Assembly (NCBI RefSeq): GCF_001194135.2 | Contig: NC_068994.1 | Location: 5,770,726 to 5,834,725 of the forward strand | DNA length: 64,000 nucleotides | DNA from: Octopus bimaculoides | Lineage: Eukaryota | Direction of reading: 5' to 3' | In this document: positions 63,321-64,000 of the stretch, piece by piece | Position numbering within the stretch: position 1 is the first letter of the stretch | Layout of the letters: each line of letters opens with the position of its first letter | Translations under genes and position numbers: made by a program | The notes under the pieces: model-generated | What the model was told of the DNA's origin: nothing | What the model saw: the letters and a program-made list of their open reading frames with translations, nothing else | Database searches by the model: none

Positions 63321-64000
63321 TACATATATTTATTACATATACATTACATATATAATACATAAACAGGGTGTGGTGAATATATTGTCTAAATCACACAAAA
63401 ATGAAAATAACACTGACATCTCATTTTAACAGGTATGGTTACCAAAATTACATAAAAATATCTTGAAATACTAAAGAGTATGTCCAATTAGCCCTCTGCA
63501 GAAGCTAGTTTACAAGTCCATACAGAGTGGCACTTTCAAGCTAGTTATAAATAAATGTGTGCAAAACAGACTGGGAATTCTCATCAATCATAAATAGAAC
63601 TGCAGGCATATCTACAGTGCTATATGCAGCCAGCACATCCTGTGTACTAATGTGGACTTTGTACTACATGTTGCATGGTCAGGTCAACAGTGACTAAAGC
63701 AGCACCTCCTCAAGGTCTCCTCATATATATATATATATGCAAATATATATATATATGCAAATATATATATATATATATATATAATTATATTTATATAATT
63801 ATATATATATAATTATATATATATAATTATATATATGATTAAATTTATATAATTATATATGATTATATTTATATGATTATAAATATATAATTATATTTAT
63901 ATAATAATATATATATAATTATATTTATATAATTATATATACATAATTATATTTATATATAATTATGTGTATATATATATATATGTATTTATGAATATAT

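Overview
Eukaryotic, AT-rich, gapped scaffold (14 N-runs). The SINE families and dense (AT)n/(ATC)n microsatellites point to a coleoid cephalopod, most likely Octopus (inference). No prokaryotic system or CRISPR array is present. Three intron-rich housekeeping genes can be rebuilt exon by exon with consistent splice phases: (1) V-ATPase subunit B on the minus strand, ATG at 13614, 7 exons visible, running off the left edge; (2) UFD1 on the plus strand, 12 coding exons, 297 aa, including a U12-type (minor spliceosome) GT-AG intron; (3) CUTC on the plus strand, 8 exons, 249 aa. An intact tRNA-Leu(UAG) lies between the divergent ATP6V1B and UFD1 genes. The rest is transposon-derived: at least five SINE families, hAT- and TTAA-type MITEs, a full-length mariner fossil, and RTE, RLE-type and Penelope-like LINE fragments. 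The most interesting observations are: a minimal hammerhead-ribozyme-like motif with a fixed CUGUUGA-A core variant in two copies of one repeat family, plus a decayed sense-strand relative; a second, pseudoknotted ribozyme-like module; the U12 intron; a 104-bp nested palindrome; and a CpG pattern suggesting an unannotated fourth gene starting near 57.7 kb. Repeat boundaries are by eye and approximate; exon boundaries were counted base by base.
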